DNA of 64,000 nt, taken from Patescibacteria group bacterium UBA6201. GTDB lineage: Bacteria; Patescibacteriota; Minisyncoccia; Phycocordibacterales; UBA918. Position numbers and translations under genes: made by a program. The first letter of the stretch is position 1. The number at the start of each line of letters is the position of its first letter. The notes under the pieces are model-generated. The model worked only from the letters and a program-made list of their open reading frames with translations, made no database searches and had not been told where the DNA came from. Below, piece by piece: positions 48,204 to 59,228 of this stretch. The stretch is from contig DISV01000005.1 in NCBI GenBank assembly GCA_002422025.1, forward strand, positions 136,834-200,833. The letters run 5' to 3'.

Positions 48204-49010
48204 TTAACTGAAGTAAAAAACCGCTACCACGACTGTAGCTAAAGCAAGGCGGTACCAAATGAAAGGCCAAAGAGTATGACGACGGACGAAAGAGAGCATA
48301 AAATGAATGGCGAAAAGACCTGCTAAAAAGGCGACAATTGCTGCGATGACTAGTTCACTCCACTCAACACTATTACCTGACATCATTAATTCGAGCAGTT
48401 TCTTGAGTCCACTACCTAGAATGACTGGTATTGCCAGAAGGAACGAAAAGCGTGCTGCTTCACTGCGGGATAGTCCTAGTAACATACCGCCAGCAATGGA
48501 GGCTCCACTTCGCGACATGCCTGGAATAAGTGCAAGACATTGAAAGAAGCCGATTAACAGACCCTTTCGAATGGTCATTTTGTCATCTCTGTTTCGGGCA
48601 AAATACTTCCACTCGGCGACCATAAATAGAAAAGAACCAGTGACCAGTACCCCAGCTACCAAAAGTGGGTTACGAAAGATGGTCTCCATGTATGACTCCA
48701 GTAGTAGGCCGAAGATGATGGCAGGTATGGTACCAATCATTAGCGCGTAGGCTAGGGTAATCTCTTTTTCATTTACAGGGAGTCTTGAGAGTTGTCGTAA
48801 TACGGCATTGGCCATATCGAAGATGTCTCGGCGAAAATAGATAATAACCGCTAGTACGGTAGCTAATTGGAGTACGGCGTCAAAGGCCAGGTCATTTTTC
48901 CCTGTCCCAAAGAGTGAGTGTAGCAGGACCAAGTGTCCTGAAGAAGAGACGGGCAAAAACTCAGTTAGTCCCTGAATCAGTCCAAGCCAAATGTTGTTTA
49001 GTGCGTCCAT
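48204..49010 (-). CDS. uppP: Undecaprenyl-diphosphatase
   Basis: QGLTEFLPVSSSGH and PGMSRSG motifs. Confidence 0.96.
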   Translation of the reverse strand: MDALNNIWLGLIQGLTEFLPVSSSGHLVLLHSLFGTGKNDLAFDAVLQLATVLAVIIYFRRDIFDMANAVLRQLSRLPVNEKEITLAYALMIGTIPAIIFGLLLESYMETIFRNPLLVAGVLVTGSFLFMVAEWKYFARNRDDKMTIRKGLLIGFFQCLALIPGMSRSGASIAGGMLLGLSRSEAARFSFLLAIPVILGSGLKKLLELMMSGNSVEWSELVIAAIVAFLAGLFAIHFMLSFVRRHTLWPFIWYRLALATVVVAVFYFS

Positions 49011-49284
49011 ACTACAATTCTAACATGTTATAATACACTTCTTCCAAAAGTAGCACATATGCACTGGCTTCAGTATTTTTGCTTAGTCACCTTAGTTTCT
49101 CTAAGGATTAATCACAAAAATTCTAGCGCTAGTAAACAAATTTAAAGAGCGATAGCGACTATAAAAATGGAAATGCCCTTGTGGTGCACGTCATATATAC
49201 TTTTGAAGGAAATCTAATGTTCTGAACCTACTCGCTAGCTCACCAGGTTCTTTCCCTAATAGAATAAGCGATTATATTTTCATT

Positions 49285-50025
49285 ATGAACGAAACAAACC
49301 CAAGTAATAGCACTTCGACCATTAGGCCAAGTAGCAATGTAATGGCAATACCAGCTGCGATTATTATCGGTTTTGCGTTGATTGCTCTGTCTATTTATCT
49401 CTCTGGTGGTAAAGAGGTGACTGACACAAACGTCGGGGAGAATCAGCCAGCCGAAAATGAGGGAGACATCTCTAACATCACTCCCGTGAATGAGTCTGAT
49501 CATATTCGTGGTAATCCGAACGCTCCACTCGTGATTGTTGAGTACTCCGACTTCGATTGTCCTTTCTGTAAGACATTTCATAATACAATGCAACAGATAA
49601 TGGATGAGTATGGTCCAACCGGAGAAGTGGCTTGGGTTTATCGTCAATTACCACTACCTTCTCTTCACCCTAGCGCCGCACATATTGCTGAGGCTTCTGA
49701 ATGTGTGGCTGAATTAGGTGGCGATGAGGCTTTTTGGAAGTTTGCTGATATGGTTTTTGGTGAGCGTGCAGTAAATGAATTAACGAATGTCGCTCTCCTG
49801 CCTGAGATGGCGGTGAGTGCTGGAGTGGTAGAATCTGACTATCAGTCTTGTATAGACAGCGGAAGAAATCGCTCTCTAGTAGAAGAGGATGTACAAAACG
49901 CCATTTCAATCGGTGCCAGAGGTACTCCGTATTCAGTTGTAATAGCTGGAGACCAAATGATGACCATTAATGGTGCCCAGCCTTACGACCAAGTGAAGCT
50001 TTTGGTGGATGGACTACTCCGTTAA
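49285..50025 (+). CDS. Membrane-anchored DsbA family oxidoreductase
   Basis: EYSDFDCPFC, GTP and GAQP motifs. Confidence 0.9.
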   Translation: MNETNPSNSTSTIRPSSNVMAIPAAIIIGFALIALSIYLSGGKEVTDTNVGENQPAENEGDISNITPVNESDHIRGNPNAPLVIVEYSDFDCPFCKTFHNTMQQIMDEYGPTGEVAWVYRQLPLPSLHPSAAHIAEASECVAELGGDEAFWKFADMVFGERAVNELTNVALLPEMAVSAGVVESDYQSCIDSGRNRSLVEEDVQNAISIGARGTPYSVVIAGDQMMTINGAQPYDQVKLLVDGLLR

Positions 50026-50057
50026 CCTATCCTCAAGATTTCTTAAACTTAAATCAG

Positions 50058-50093
50058 AAAGATGCCCGCGACCATTAGGTTGCGGGCATCTTT
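50058..50093. terminator. Bidirectional terminator
   Basis: aaagatgcccgc/gcgggcatcttt. Confidence 0.8.
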
Positions 50094-50106
50094 CGTATCC
50101 ATCAAT

Positions 50107-53064
50107 CTAGTTAGTTATAAATTTTTCTCCCGATACTATTTCCTTAGCTACTCTAACTACCTCCAGTTTAAGATCCTCAATTTCCTCTTTTTTTACCTTG
50201 AAACCGTATTCCACTATTTCCCCGGTTCGATCTTTAGGTTCAACAAAAGAAAGTACAAATTCCACTTCGTCACTCATTTCTGCCCCGTAAAGTTCTAGGA
50301 GTAGCGCATAAAATACCAATTGGCGTTTGTAGTTTCCGTTTGAACTCTTAGTGTTACCCTCAACCTCATTTCGGCTTTTAGGTTTCCCAGTCTTGTAATC
50401 GTACACCCGCGCTACTCGTCCTTCAGAATCGTGGTCAACTCGGTCAATCTTTCCTGTCAGTGGAATCTCCGATAGGTCTGCGTCACTAGTTTTGAGCACT
50501 GCACGCACTGCAAACTCAGAACGTGAATTATTGCCTAATCCACTTCTAAGGTGTGGCAGGTAGGCGCTTAATGCCACTAGACATTGTTCGTGAATAGTTG
50601 GTAGCTCATGGACACCAAAAGGTAATTTCTCCAAGGCTGATTTAATGAGTACGTTAAGTTCGGTGGCGTTTGGCCAAGTCTGTTTTTTGGTGAAACTCAC
50701 GACAACACGGTCTAATACTTCGTGCACAGCGTTACCTTTCATTAAGGACAGGCTCTGAGGCTGAGGGCGTCTTAGAAGATTTTCATAGAAATATTTTAAT
50801 GGGTCCTCCAAATAGTTATTAAGGTGTGTGACTGATAGTCCACGCTCCAAAAATAACTGTCTTATGATGTTTGGTTCAAGTTTGAATGGGCGGTATCCAG
50901 CTTTGAGTAGTGACTCTGGGCTAAATTTCTCTTCATCTTCAGTTGTTTCAAAAGAATTTACTATCTCTGTCGGCAATTGATAGACGAAGCGTGAAGGCTC
51001 ACATACTTTGCCAGACGCTGTATTAACTGAGGAAGAAATAAATAAATTCTCCTTTGCCCTCGTCATAGCAACATAGAAAAGTCTTCTTTCATCATCTTCG
51101 CTGTCTGCGTCACTTAGACTTTCCGCATAGAGTGGTAGTTTGAAATAATCTCTTTGGTCACTACCGCCAAACGCGTTATCTGTTGCTCGCGGCATAAAGA
51201 CAGTATGAAACTCTAAACCTTTGGCCTTATGCGCGGTCATAACTTGCACTGCTGTCTGATCAGCATCTATGAAAGGTGCAGTTAACGGTAAGTTATGAGC
51301 GCGACGATAACGGAGTTGTCTGGCCACTTCGCTTAAGCTAGTCGCTTGTTTTTCTACTACCATCGCTTCGACATCGTCATAAAAACGTCTGATTACTCGA
51401 GCCGCCTCGGTCGGGTCTTGTTTTAAGGCGTCCTCGAGAAGCCCACTTTCTTCTAAGAGGACCTGCAATATTAGGTGTGGCGCGGTAGTGGCTTGAAGTG
51501 ATCTAGCCTTATTAAGTATCTTACTAACCTGAAGTATTGTCTCTCTATTAGCAATAGAAAGTCCCTGCAAGATTTCTTCACTTTCAATTATCTTATAAAG
51601 TGGTCGTGAGTATGACCTTGCTGCCAGTATCTGCGCTAGATCGCCACTTTTAATCCCCCACCAACTGCCAAGTAGGGTTGCAAACAGCGGGGCTTCATTT
51701 TCTGGCGATAGTACCGCCAACATCATGTTCTCGAGCGCTAAAGTTAAAGGATGGTCCAGAATGTCACTATCTGCAGAAGCGTTTGCATCGATACCAAATC
51801 GTCTGAGGAGGCCGGCAAAGTGCTCTACGTCACGGTTGTATCGCAAGATGATGGCTATCTCTTCGAGCGGTACCCCCGCTTCTATTGTCGCTTTCACCTC
51901 ACTCACTAACCACTCGCTCTCCACTGCCTCGTGAGAAAATTGGCGATACTCTTGTCGTCCAGGATGTTTGAATGTTTTTCCAGCTTTGAGTGGAATGCGT
52001 AGTTTTGCAAGGTCTGGATCATCACTCTTCACTAATTCGTGTGATGCGTCGAGAATGTTCTGGGTAGATCGATAGTTTTCTGTTAGTGATATGACTTTGG
52101 TTCCAGGAAAACGGTCTTCAAAATATAAAAAGTTGTATAGGGATGCTCCTTGGAAACGGTAGATAGCTTGCTTTTCATCTCCTACTACAAAGATGTTTGG
52201 ATTGCTATGAAAGTCAGCTAAGAGTTCCAAAGTTTTATTTTGGGCTTCATTAACATCTTGATGCTCATCGGCCAAAATATATTGGTAGATCTCTTGAAGA
52301 TCACGCAACATATCTTCATTATTTTGGAGCGCACCTACCGTCTCGACAATCATGTCGTCAAAGTCGTATAGTCGGCGCTCTCGAAGTATCTTTTGGTATA
52401 GACGATACACAAGGAGTAACTCCTTGTGCTTATTGATACGCTTCTCTTCCTTGGCGTAGTCACCCTTTACCTTACCTTTGTGTGCTCCCTTCTCGTGGAA
52501 TTTTGGAGAATTATTTAAGGCAGTCTCTTCTTTAGCTATGAGTAGCGCAAAACTATCAGGAGTGATGTACTCCTTCTTGAGGTCGGTAATGGCGCCTGGA
52601 ATCTTCTTAACATAGTACAGAGGGTCACCGTTTGGGCGTAATTCTTTGAATCCTCCATCGTTGATGATGTCTTCGATAATGGATAGCTTTTCTATATCAG
52701 TAGCTGGTCGCCCCCCAATGATGTTGGGATAGGCATCTGGATATTTACGAATCAGTTCTCCAGCAAAGCTGTGGAAAGTGTGCACCGCGACCTTGTACGC
52801 TGTATCTCCAATGTAGCGACGTAGGCGCTCTCTCATGGCGTGTGCGCCCGCATCAGTGAAGGTAAGGGCCAGAATGTTCTCTGGCTTCGTATCGGTTTGA
52901 AGCAAGATATTGGCAATGCGGAGCGCTAGTATCTGCGTCTTACCGGTGCCGGGCCCCGCTATGACCATCACTGGACCATCAATAGTATCAACGGCGTTTT
53001 TCTGGGCTAAGTTTAGGGATGTATAGGCCTCCTTATATGCCGCACTATTTAGAGAGGCTTTCAT
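50107..53064 (-). CDS. UvrD/PcrA-like helicase fused to a PD-(D/E)XK nuclease
   Basis: AGPGTGKT, DEHQD, NYRS, HKAKGLEF; C-terminal GKIDRVD..DYKTG..QL..Y. Confidence 0.9.
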   Translation of the reverse strand: MKASLNSAAYKEAYTSLNLAQKNAVDTIDGPVMVIAGPGTGKTQILALRIANILLQTDTKPENILALTFTDAGAHAMRERLRRYIGDTAYKVAVHTFHSFAGELIRKYPDAYPNIIGGRPATDIEKLSIIEDIINDGGFKELRPNGDPLYYVKKIPGAITDLKKEYITPDSFALLIAKEETALNNSPKFHEKGAHKGKVKGDYAKEEKRINKHKELLLVYRLYQKILRERRLYDFDDMIVETVGALQNNEDMLRDLQEIYQYILADEHQDVNEAQNKTLELLADFHSNPNIFVVGDEKQAIYRFQGASLYNFLYFEDRFPGTKVISLTENYRSTQNILDASHELVKSDDPDLAKLRIPLKAGKTFKHPGRQEYRQFSHEAVESEWLVSEVKATIEAGVPLEEIAIILRYNRDVEHFAGLLRRFGIDANASADSDILDHPLTLALENMMLAVLSPENEAPLFATLLGSWWGIKSGDLAQILAARSYSRPLYKIIESEEILQGLSIANRETILQVSKILNKARSLQATTAPHLILQVLLEESGLLEDALKQDPTEAARVIRRFYDDVEAMVVEKQATSLSEVARQLRYRRAHNLPLTAPFIDADQTAVQVMTAHKAKGLEFHTVFMPRATDNAFGGSDQRDYFKLPLYAESLSDADSEDDERRLFYVAMTRAKENLFISSSVNTASGKVCEPSRFVYQLPTEIVNSFETTEDEEKFSPESLLKAGYRPFKLEPNIIRQLFLERGLSVTHLNNYLEDPLKYFYENLLRRPQPQSLSLMKGNAVHEVLDRVVVSFTKKQTWPNATELNVLIKSALEKLPFGVHELPTIHEQCLVALSAYLPHLRSGLGNNSRSEFAVRAVLKTSDADLSEIPLTGKIDRVDHDSEGRVARVYDYKTGKPKSRNEVEGNTKSSNGNYKRQLVFYALLLELYGAEMSDEVEFVLSFVEPKDRTGEIVEYGFKVKKEEIEDLKLEVVRVAKEIVSGEKFITN

Positions 53065-53108
53065 AATAAATGTATTATAACAAAAGCCCCATCATTCTCC
53101 ATGTGCTT

Positions 53109-54383
53109 CTAAAACAGCAAGTATTGTATGTACCAGACCCCAATACCAGCAGCATACCCAAGTGCTGCTGGTATGGTGGCAATTTTAAGGAAGTTGGTAA
53201 AGGTCAGTTCTTTGACCATACCCATCGCGACGACTCCTGCTGCTGAGCCAATAACTAACATAGATCCCCCAGTACCCACACAGATAGCCAATAGTACCCA
53301 AAGTCGTGGGTCAGTAGTCTGCAAGATATCAATCGCGGCTGCTGTAAGAGGAATATTATCTAGAATCGCAGAAAACGCACCAAGTAGCACGCTACCAGCG
53401 ATGAGGCGTGATATAGCCGGATCCTCTCCAAAGAGACTGCTAGATATGAAATCAAGAACACCCAAGAAGCTGAGCGCTCCCACTGCAAAGAGGATACCGA
53501 TGAAAAACAGTAAACTCGTTATATCAAGTTTGCCAAGAAGCTTCTCTATCTCCATGGAAAGGTGTGATTCACGATGCTTGGCCGTGTTACTAAACCAGCC
53601 GATAGTTAGTCCTACTAGTCCCACACCGAGCATAAGTCCCATAAAAGGTGGTAGGCCAGCGATATGAGCTAGAGGTGGTAATACAAATGATACAAATGAC
53701 ATTCCTATAACCACTTTGTCCGAAGCCGAAAGAGTTACATTCTCATTCGTGACAAGTGCTTCGTCTCCACTATCACGTTTGAGCTGTTTTGCAAAAAGAA
53801 ACATACTGACCGCTAAAATTGTCAGTGCGGGCAGGAATGCCCAAAGAATAATCTCCAATGCGGTGAACTTTCCTGCAAGCCATAACATAATGGTGGTCAC
53901 GTCTCCTACAGGGGAAAATGCTCCACCGGCATTAGCTGCAACAACTATCATACCAGCCATCACAAGAAGGTTGTGTCCTTTGAAAAAGCGACGAGCAATC
54001 TGCACCATCACAATCGTAGTGGTAAGGTTGTCAATGATGGCAGATAGGAAGAAAGTTAGTACTGCAATTAGTATTAACTGAGCACTATCTTTAAGTCCCA
54101 ATGCAAAAAGTTTGGCGCGTAGAAGATCGAAGAAACGATAATGTACTAGGATCTCAACCAGTGTCATTGCTGCTAGTAGAAATACAACCAACGAGAAAGT
54201 CTCGGCAGAAATAGTATGCAAAGCCTCTTCAATGGCGTGGTTGGCTGGACTGGTTAATGCTATTAGTCCCCATAGTACTGCTGCTAGTGCAGTAGCGGTT
54301 ATGGATTTATTAATCTTCCAATAGTGTTCTAGGGTAATTAGAATGTATCCAATCACAAAAATAATGCTTGCAATAAGGGCCAT
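53109..54383 (-). CDS. nhaD: NhaD-type Na+/H+ antiporter
   Basis: DNLTTT, ANAGGAFSPVGDVTT, DNIPL and GGSMLVIGSAAGV motifs. Confidence 0.88.
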   Translation of the reverse strand: MALIASIIFVIGYILITLEHYWKINKSITATALAAVLWGLIALTSPANHAIEEALHTISAETFSLVVFLLAAMTLVEILVHYRFFDLLRAKLFALGLKDSAQLILIAVLTFFLSAIIDNLTTTIVMVQIARRFFKGHNLLVMAGMIVVAANAGGAFSPVGDVTTIMLWLAGKFTALEIILWAFLPALTILAVSMFLFAKQLKRDSGDEALVTNENVTLSASDKVVIGMSFVSFVLPPLAHIAGLPPFMGLMLGVGLVGLTIGWFSNTAKHRESHLSMEIEKLLGKLDITSLLFFIGILFAVGALSFLGVLDFISSSLFGEDPAISRLIAGSVLLGAFSAILDNIPLTAAAIDILQTTDPRLWVLLAICVGTGGSMLVIGSAAGVVAMGMVKELTFTNFLKIATIPAALGYAAGIGVWYIQYLLF

Positions 54384-54491
54384 AAGGGGACAGCAAATGA
54401 AATGCGTTAATAATATGCCGCAAACTATTAGCTCTTAGGAGCAGACAAATAAAAACACCTGCGAATCAATTCGAAAAATAATCAAATTGGC

Positions 54492-54938
54492 TTACAGGAG
54501 TTCTTGGTGTTCTAGGTAGGCAATGCCGGTTTGTGAACGTGCCTTTAAAGTTGGCATCAGTCGACGAGCGCTGTTGGCTCTGAGCAATAGCATTGCCTCT
54601 TCTGGTGCCACAAAACGCACCTCTAATAGTTGTGGCGGAAGTTTAATTCTGCTCACCATTTCGTCTGTAAAAACACCACCATCAAATATAAACATCACAT
54701 ATTCTTCGGCTAATCCGCGATAATCAATGCTTAGTAAACGTGGTGGTGTGGTCAAATCTATACCTAGTTCAGCACGCATTTCTCGTAGAAATGCACCACT
54801 TGGCGATTCACCGATTTCGACGTATCCGCCTGGAAAAATCCAACCTTCTTTATGTGAAGGTTTGACTATCAAGACACGCTCGTTTTCGTCGGTTATGAGA
54901 CCGGCGACCACTACTTCTTTTGATGCCTGCTGCCTCAT
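54492..54938 (-). CDS. NUDIX hydrolase
   Basis: GGYVEIGESPSGAFLREMRAELG. Confidence 0.9.
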   Translation of the reverse strand: MRQQASKEVVVAGLITDENERVLIVKPSHKEGWIFPGGYVEIGESPSGAFLREMRAELGIDLTTPPRLLSIDYRGLAEEYVMFIFDGGVFTDEMVSRIKLPPQLLEVRFVAPEEAMLLLRANSARRLMPTLKARSQTGIAYLEHQELL

Positions 54939-55181
54939 GTCTGCGAGTATAACATCAACTCATTCCCTTGGGAATACGGCCCTAAGTTGGTAACTTCACT
55001 CAATAATTTTGTAATTAACAAGCGCACATTATTGTTATAGTTATCATTTGTTATTTACATAATAGTTTATAATCATGTTGTGTATAAGAGGTTTTGACAG
55101 CTATAAAAGTAGGAGTATACTCGTATCTCGTTGGTGCCAGAGTGGTATCAACAAATCACGACAAACCTAATGGAGGTCACA

Positions 55182-55874
55182 TTGTCGCGGAATGATTGTT
55201 CTTTTTTTGCCATTTCTGGCATGAGAGGCTCTGGCCGAACTAGACTCTTCAAGGAACTCAAATCTGTGCTCCCACAAACTTTCGGGGATCACAAGTTTGC
55301 CTTTTTTGACGATCCTCTCGGTGGCCTCCCTCACCCTCTCTTGTGGGCCAGTGACGAACGGGGACTTCACCCTACTACTCGTGTGTTCAAATGCTGGGCT
55401 CCGCTGAATGAGTTCAATATCATGAAGCTGAAGCCGGCGATGTCTGAACACGACTTCATATTCGTGGATGGTTATGGACTCAATGCGGTTTTGTATGCTA
55501 CTGCATATGTCGGAGACAATCTTGAGGACGACGAGGCCTCAGCCGCCATGCACCACTTGATTGTTGGTGCTCGCGTCATCGCTCAGGGGATTAAGCCACC
55601 ACCGTATTTTGTCACATTAGGTAATCGGTCCTTATTGGTGGATTATCTGACGAAAATGGTTCCGGGGATATCTGCTCTACAGTGTGAGGCGTTCATCGAA
55701 AAAGAGGTGCGTATTATTCAGTCATATTTCGGTCCGGAGACTGGACAGACTGGTCATCTCTTCGATCCTGATATGTCACTCGACATGATGTGCGAGTTTA
55801 TCATAATCAAGATACAGGAACGTATCGAGGAGATTCGGCGGTGTTCGAGTAACAGCACAGCTATGGTGGCCTGA
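55182..55874 (+). CDS. Divergent thymidylate-kinase-like P-loop protein
   Basis: GMRGSGRT and FIFVDGY; TTGACA-16-TATACT promoter (55094-55121); GGAGG plus TTG start inferred. Confidence 0.5.
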   Translation: MSRNDCSFFAISGMRGSGRTRLFKELKSVLPQTFGDHKFAFFDDPLGGLPHPLLWASDERGLHPTTRVFKCWAPLNEFNIMKLKPAMSEHDFIFVDGYGLNAVLYATAYVGDNLEDDEASAAMHHLIVGARVIAQGIKPPPYFVTLGNRSLLVDYLTKMVPGISALQCEAFIEKEVRIIQSYFGPETGQTGHLFDPDMSLDMMCEFIIIKIQERIEEIRRCSSNSTAMVA

Positions 55875-55950
55875 CTACCTTTCAATCCTCCGGCTGGCGA
55901 CTTATCGTTGGTCGGAGGATTTATCATATTAAATTATTAGATTTTTGTTT

Positions 55951-57642
55951 ATGAAAAAATATTTTAGCTTTGACGCTGTGTTTCTTAAAGGTTTAATAGT
56001 ACAAAATTGGCGGTCCGGTATCACTGTTGCCCTCATATCTATACCGCTCTCAATTGCGCTTTCGATTGCCTCTGGTGCAGGTCCAATCCCTGGCTTAATT
56101 ACAGGTATTTGGGCCACTTTAATTGCTAGTTTTTTGGGTGGCAACAACTACAACATTATCGGCGCGGCTGGAGCTCTAACTACAGTATTGTTTGCCGCTA
56201 CTTTGGCGGCCCCATTGGGACTCGGAGCAGCAGTCTTGCCGTTATTGGCTCTCTCGACTGGTTTTCTAATACTACTTATTTGGCTTATTGGCCTTGATAA
56301 ATATTTATATCTCATTCCTTCATCGGTTATGTATGGTTTTGCGGCTGGTGTGGCCTTTCTGATTGCTGCCTCACAGCTGTTTGACGCAACCGGTCTTTCT
56401 GCTTTAAAGCGCACCGGACACTTTCTTGGTGATATTGAGTTATATGTTGCACACGCGAGTGAGACTCATATCAATTCCCTCTTAGTGTTTGCAATTTTCT
56501 TAGCGGGGATTCTGCTTTGGAAAAGATATATTAAGGCGATGCCTGCGGTAATTCCGGTCTCGATAGTGGGTATTATTTTTGGCTATATAGAATCTGAGTA
56601 TTTAGGTCTTGGACTCATTTCTTTGGGAGACAAGTTCGGGGACATTACCGGCGCCTTAGTGTTGCCTGTAGCTTGGGGCGCTTTAGAACAAATCTTGGCC
56701 AATAAGGAGATGATTGTTTGGATTCTAAAGATATCCGGCACGATTGCGCTTATTGCCGTACTTGAGACTCTCATTACTGCTAAGATTGCTGACAAGATTA
56801 CTAAGACTCAGTCATCAAGTCGTAAGGAGTTGCTTGGCTTGGCTCTTGCAAATCTCGGGTCTGGAGCTATGGGTGGTTTACCAGCGACTGGAGTCTTCAT
56901 TAGAACTGGTGCCAACATTAAGGCTGGTGCTACTCATAAAATGTCCGCCACTATTGCTGCCCTTGCAACTGCTGTAATTGCGCTTGTTGTTCTTCCGTTT
57001 TTCATTTACATTCCAATGGTTGTTATTGCCGCTATATTAGTGAACACGGCACTTGGTCTCATTGAAATACATAGATTCAAAGAGTTTTATGTGCTTGAAA
57101 AATCAAGTTTCATAATCGCTATCACGGTTGTATTGATTACGGTCTTTGAGGACGCAGGAATGGCGGTTGCCATAGGAGCAATTATGTCACTCTTTTGGTT
57201 TACCGATCAGATTAGCCGTGGGCGCTTCGATGCTATCTTCAATTTCAAAGACGGAACAAAAACAACCGTGCGGGGCGCTAAAAAACTCATCATTCCTTCA
57301 GAACACTCTATATCAGTTCTCACGTACAGTATTTCCGGCCTTTTAGGCTACATAGATAGTGGTCGCCACGCTGAAAACTTCCGACGTATTGCGAGTGCTG
57401 GTAATATCGAGAACGTGATTATTCGTCTACGTGGACTATTGGCTACTGACTTTGAAGGTCAAGAAATGCTTGGTGAGGCAGTGGAAGAGCTTGAAGCTAG
57501 AGGGAAAAAAGTCTATATATCCTCCGCGAGTACGCAGGTTGCTCGAGAATTAAAGGAGTTGCCTCAGTTGGCAAACATTATGACAGCAAATCGTTTCACT
57601 GAACGGACTGAGGATGCCTTAAAATCAATAGGTTTGCATTAA
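55951..57642 (+). CDS. SulP family anion transporter with STAS domain
   Basis: SGITVALISIPLSIA, GF.AG, ELLGL.LAN and GGLPATG motifs; C-terminal STAS-like region. Confidence 0.9.
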   Translation: MKKYFSFDAVFLKGLIVQNWRSGITVALISIPLSIALSIASGAGPIPGLITGIWATLIASFLGGNNYNIIGAAGALTTVLFAATLAAPLGLGAAVLPLLALSTGFLILLIWLIGLDKYLYLIPSSVMYGFAAGVAFLIAASQLFDATGLSALKRTGHFLGDIELYVAHASETHINSLLVFAIFLAGILLWKRYIKAMPAVIPVSIVGIIFGYIESEYLGLGLISLGDKFGDITGALVLPVAWGALEQILANKEMIVWILKISGTIALIAVLETLITAKIADKITKTQSSSRKELLGLALANLGSGAMGGLPATGVFIRTGANIKAGATHKMSATIAALATAVIALVVLPFFIYIPMVVIAAILVNTALGLIEIHRFKEFYVLEKSSFIIAITVVLITVFEDAGMAVAIGAIMSLFWFTDQISRGRFDAIFNFKDGTKTTVRGAKKLIIPSEHSISVLTYSISGLLGYIDSGRHAENFRRIASAGNIENVIIRLRGLLATDFEGQEMLGEAVEELEARGKKVYISSASTQVARELKELPQLANIMTANRFTERTEDALKSIGLH

Positions 57643-57703
57643 AACCAACTTCGTTATATAACAGTGCCTGGTTATTGTTGGTCCTAAGGAGAGGAGTAAT
57701 AAA

Positions 57704-57820
57704 ATGACAACTTCGCAGCTGGTAGGATTACTGACTGCAGTGGTGCTTATTTTGTGGAGCGTTGAATCTCGGGAGCAGTTTCCGCGATTCGAGCGTTCTG
57801 CGCATTATATGTTTCAATAA
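57704..57820 (+). CDS. 38-aa membrane peptide (orphan)
   Basis: AAGGAGAGGAG SD; MTTSQLVGLLTAVVLILWSV...; terminator follows. Confidence 0.5.
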   Translation: MTTSQLVGLLTAVVLILWSVESREQFPRFERSAHYMFQ

Positions 57821-57840
57821 CGTCAGCTAAACAGCTGACA

Positions 57841-57869
57841 AAAAGGCCAGACTGTATGTCCGGCCTTTT
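57841..57869. terminator. Bidirectional terminator
   Basis: aaaaggcc...ggcctttt. Confidence 0.7.
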
Positions 57870-57873
57870 AGTA

Positions 57874-59181
57874 TTAATATGATTTAAGTCTCCTAGCCTT
57901 TTCGTGTTGTCTGATTTTCTCCAAAGCCTTGGCCTCAATCTGACGAATACGTTCGCGAGTCACTCCAAACTCAGCACCCACTTCCTCGAGGGTGTGATAG
58001 GTACCGTCAATCAATCCATGACGCATTTCCAAAATTTTCCTTTCTTTATCGGAAAGTGTGTCCAATATTTCTAAGATTTGATCAGTCAAAATACTGTGTG
58101 CTACTTCTTGGTCAGGAGAAGTGATTTTGTCGTCGGCGATAAAGTCAGAAAGTCTCGAACGATCATCATCGTCACCAACTGGAAGCTCCAAGGAAATTGT
58201 GTCCTGACTAATCTTTTCAATTTGGTAGATTTTCTCTACCTCCACACCCATCTCAGTAGCAATTTCCTCTGGCATTGGGTCGCGGCCAAAGTCCTGCGCA
58301 AGCCTGCGTGATACTTGTTTATATTTTGCCATTGTCTCAACCATATGGACAGGAATACGAATGGTGCGAGACTGGTCAGCTAATGCACGAGTGATAGCTT
58401 GACGAATCCACCAAGTTGCATAAGTAGAAAACTTGAAGCCCTTAGTGAAGTCAAATTTATCAACGGCCTTAAATAGTCCCAAGTTTCCTTCTTGAATTAG
58501 GTCAAGAAGAGTGAGGTCAGGTGAACGACCAACGTACTTCTTAGCAATTGATACTACCAAACGCAGGTTGGCTCTAGCTAGTAGGTTTCTGGCCTCTTCG
58601 TCGCCATCTAAAATACGCTTAGCTAACGTACGTTCTTCCATTGCGGTCAAGAGTGGGTATTGTCCGATTTCACGAAGATACATCTGAATAGAGTCATAGC
58701 CACTTTCGTGCCGACGATAGGCATTTTTCTGGGCTAACATTTCCTCACTGGTGTCACCAGAAAGAAGCCCACCGCTTTGGAGGACATCAATATTAGCGAT
58801 TTGAAAACGATCGTAGAGATCCTCTAGGAAGCTCACGTCCTTCTCTATCGTTGGAAACAGTTTTAAAATATCGTCGTAGGTAATGTATCCACGATCTCGC
58901 CCGAGTTTCAATAGGTCTCCAGCCTTAGACTCTTTCTCGCGCGTCAACTTATTAGGTTTGGCAAGTTCTTTGGCTTTTACACGGTCCTCTTTCTTTTTAG
59001 GAGCGGTCGTTACTTTGGTCTTTTTTACAACTTTAATTGTTGTTTTTTTGGCAGGTTTTTTGTTAGATGCCTCGGCTCGCCTTTTGGGAGCTTTTTTGGC
59101 CACTTTTTTAACTGCCCGTTTGGCGACTTTTTTGGTCGCTTTTTTGACCTTCTTTGTTGCTGATTTTTTCTTCGCAACCAT
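57874..59181 (-). CDS. rpoD: Primary sigma factor RpoD with Lys/Ala-rich N-terminal extension
   Basis: [33 protein letters not shown] and TRERIRQIE motifs; downstream of dnaG. Confidence 0.96.
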   Translation of the reverse strand: MVAKKKSATKKVKKATKKVAKRAVKKVAKKAPKRRAEASNKKPAKKTTIKVVKKTKVTTAPKKKEDRVKAKELAKPNKLTREKESKAGDLLKLGRDRGYITYDDILKLFPTIEKDVSFLEDLYDRFQIANIDVLQSGGLLSGDTSEEMLAQKNAYRRHESGYDSIQMYLREIGQYPLLTAMEERTLAKRILDGDEEARNLLARANLRLVVSIAKKYVGRSPDLTLLDLIQEGNLGLFKAVDKFDFTKGFKFSTYATWWIRQAITRALADQSRTIRIPVHMVETMAKYKQVSRRLAQDFGRDPMPEEIATEMGVEVEKIYQIEKISQDTISLELPVGDDDDRSRLSDFIADDKITSPDQEVAHSILTDQILEILDTLSDKERKILEMRHGLIDGTYHTLEEVGAEFGVTRERIRQIEAKALEKIRQHEKARRLKSY

Positions 59182-59228
59182 ACGGTGGGACAACTATAAC
59201 TTATCTACGTTGCCTGTCAATCTTTTTG

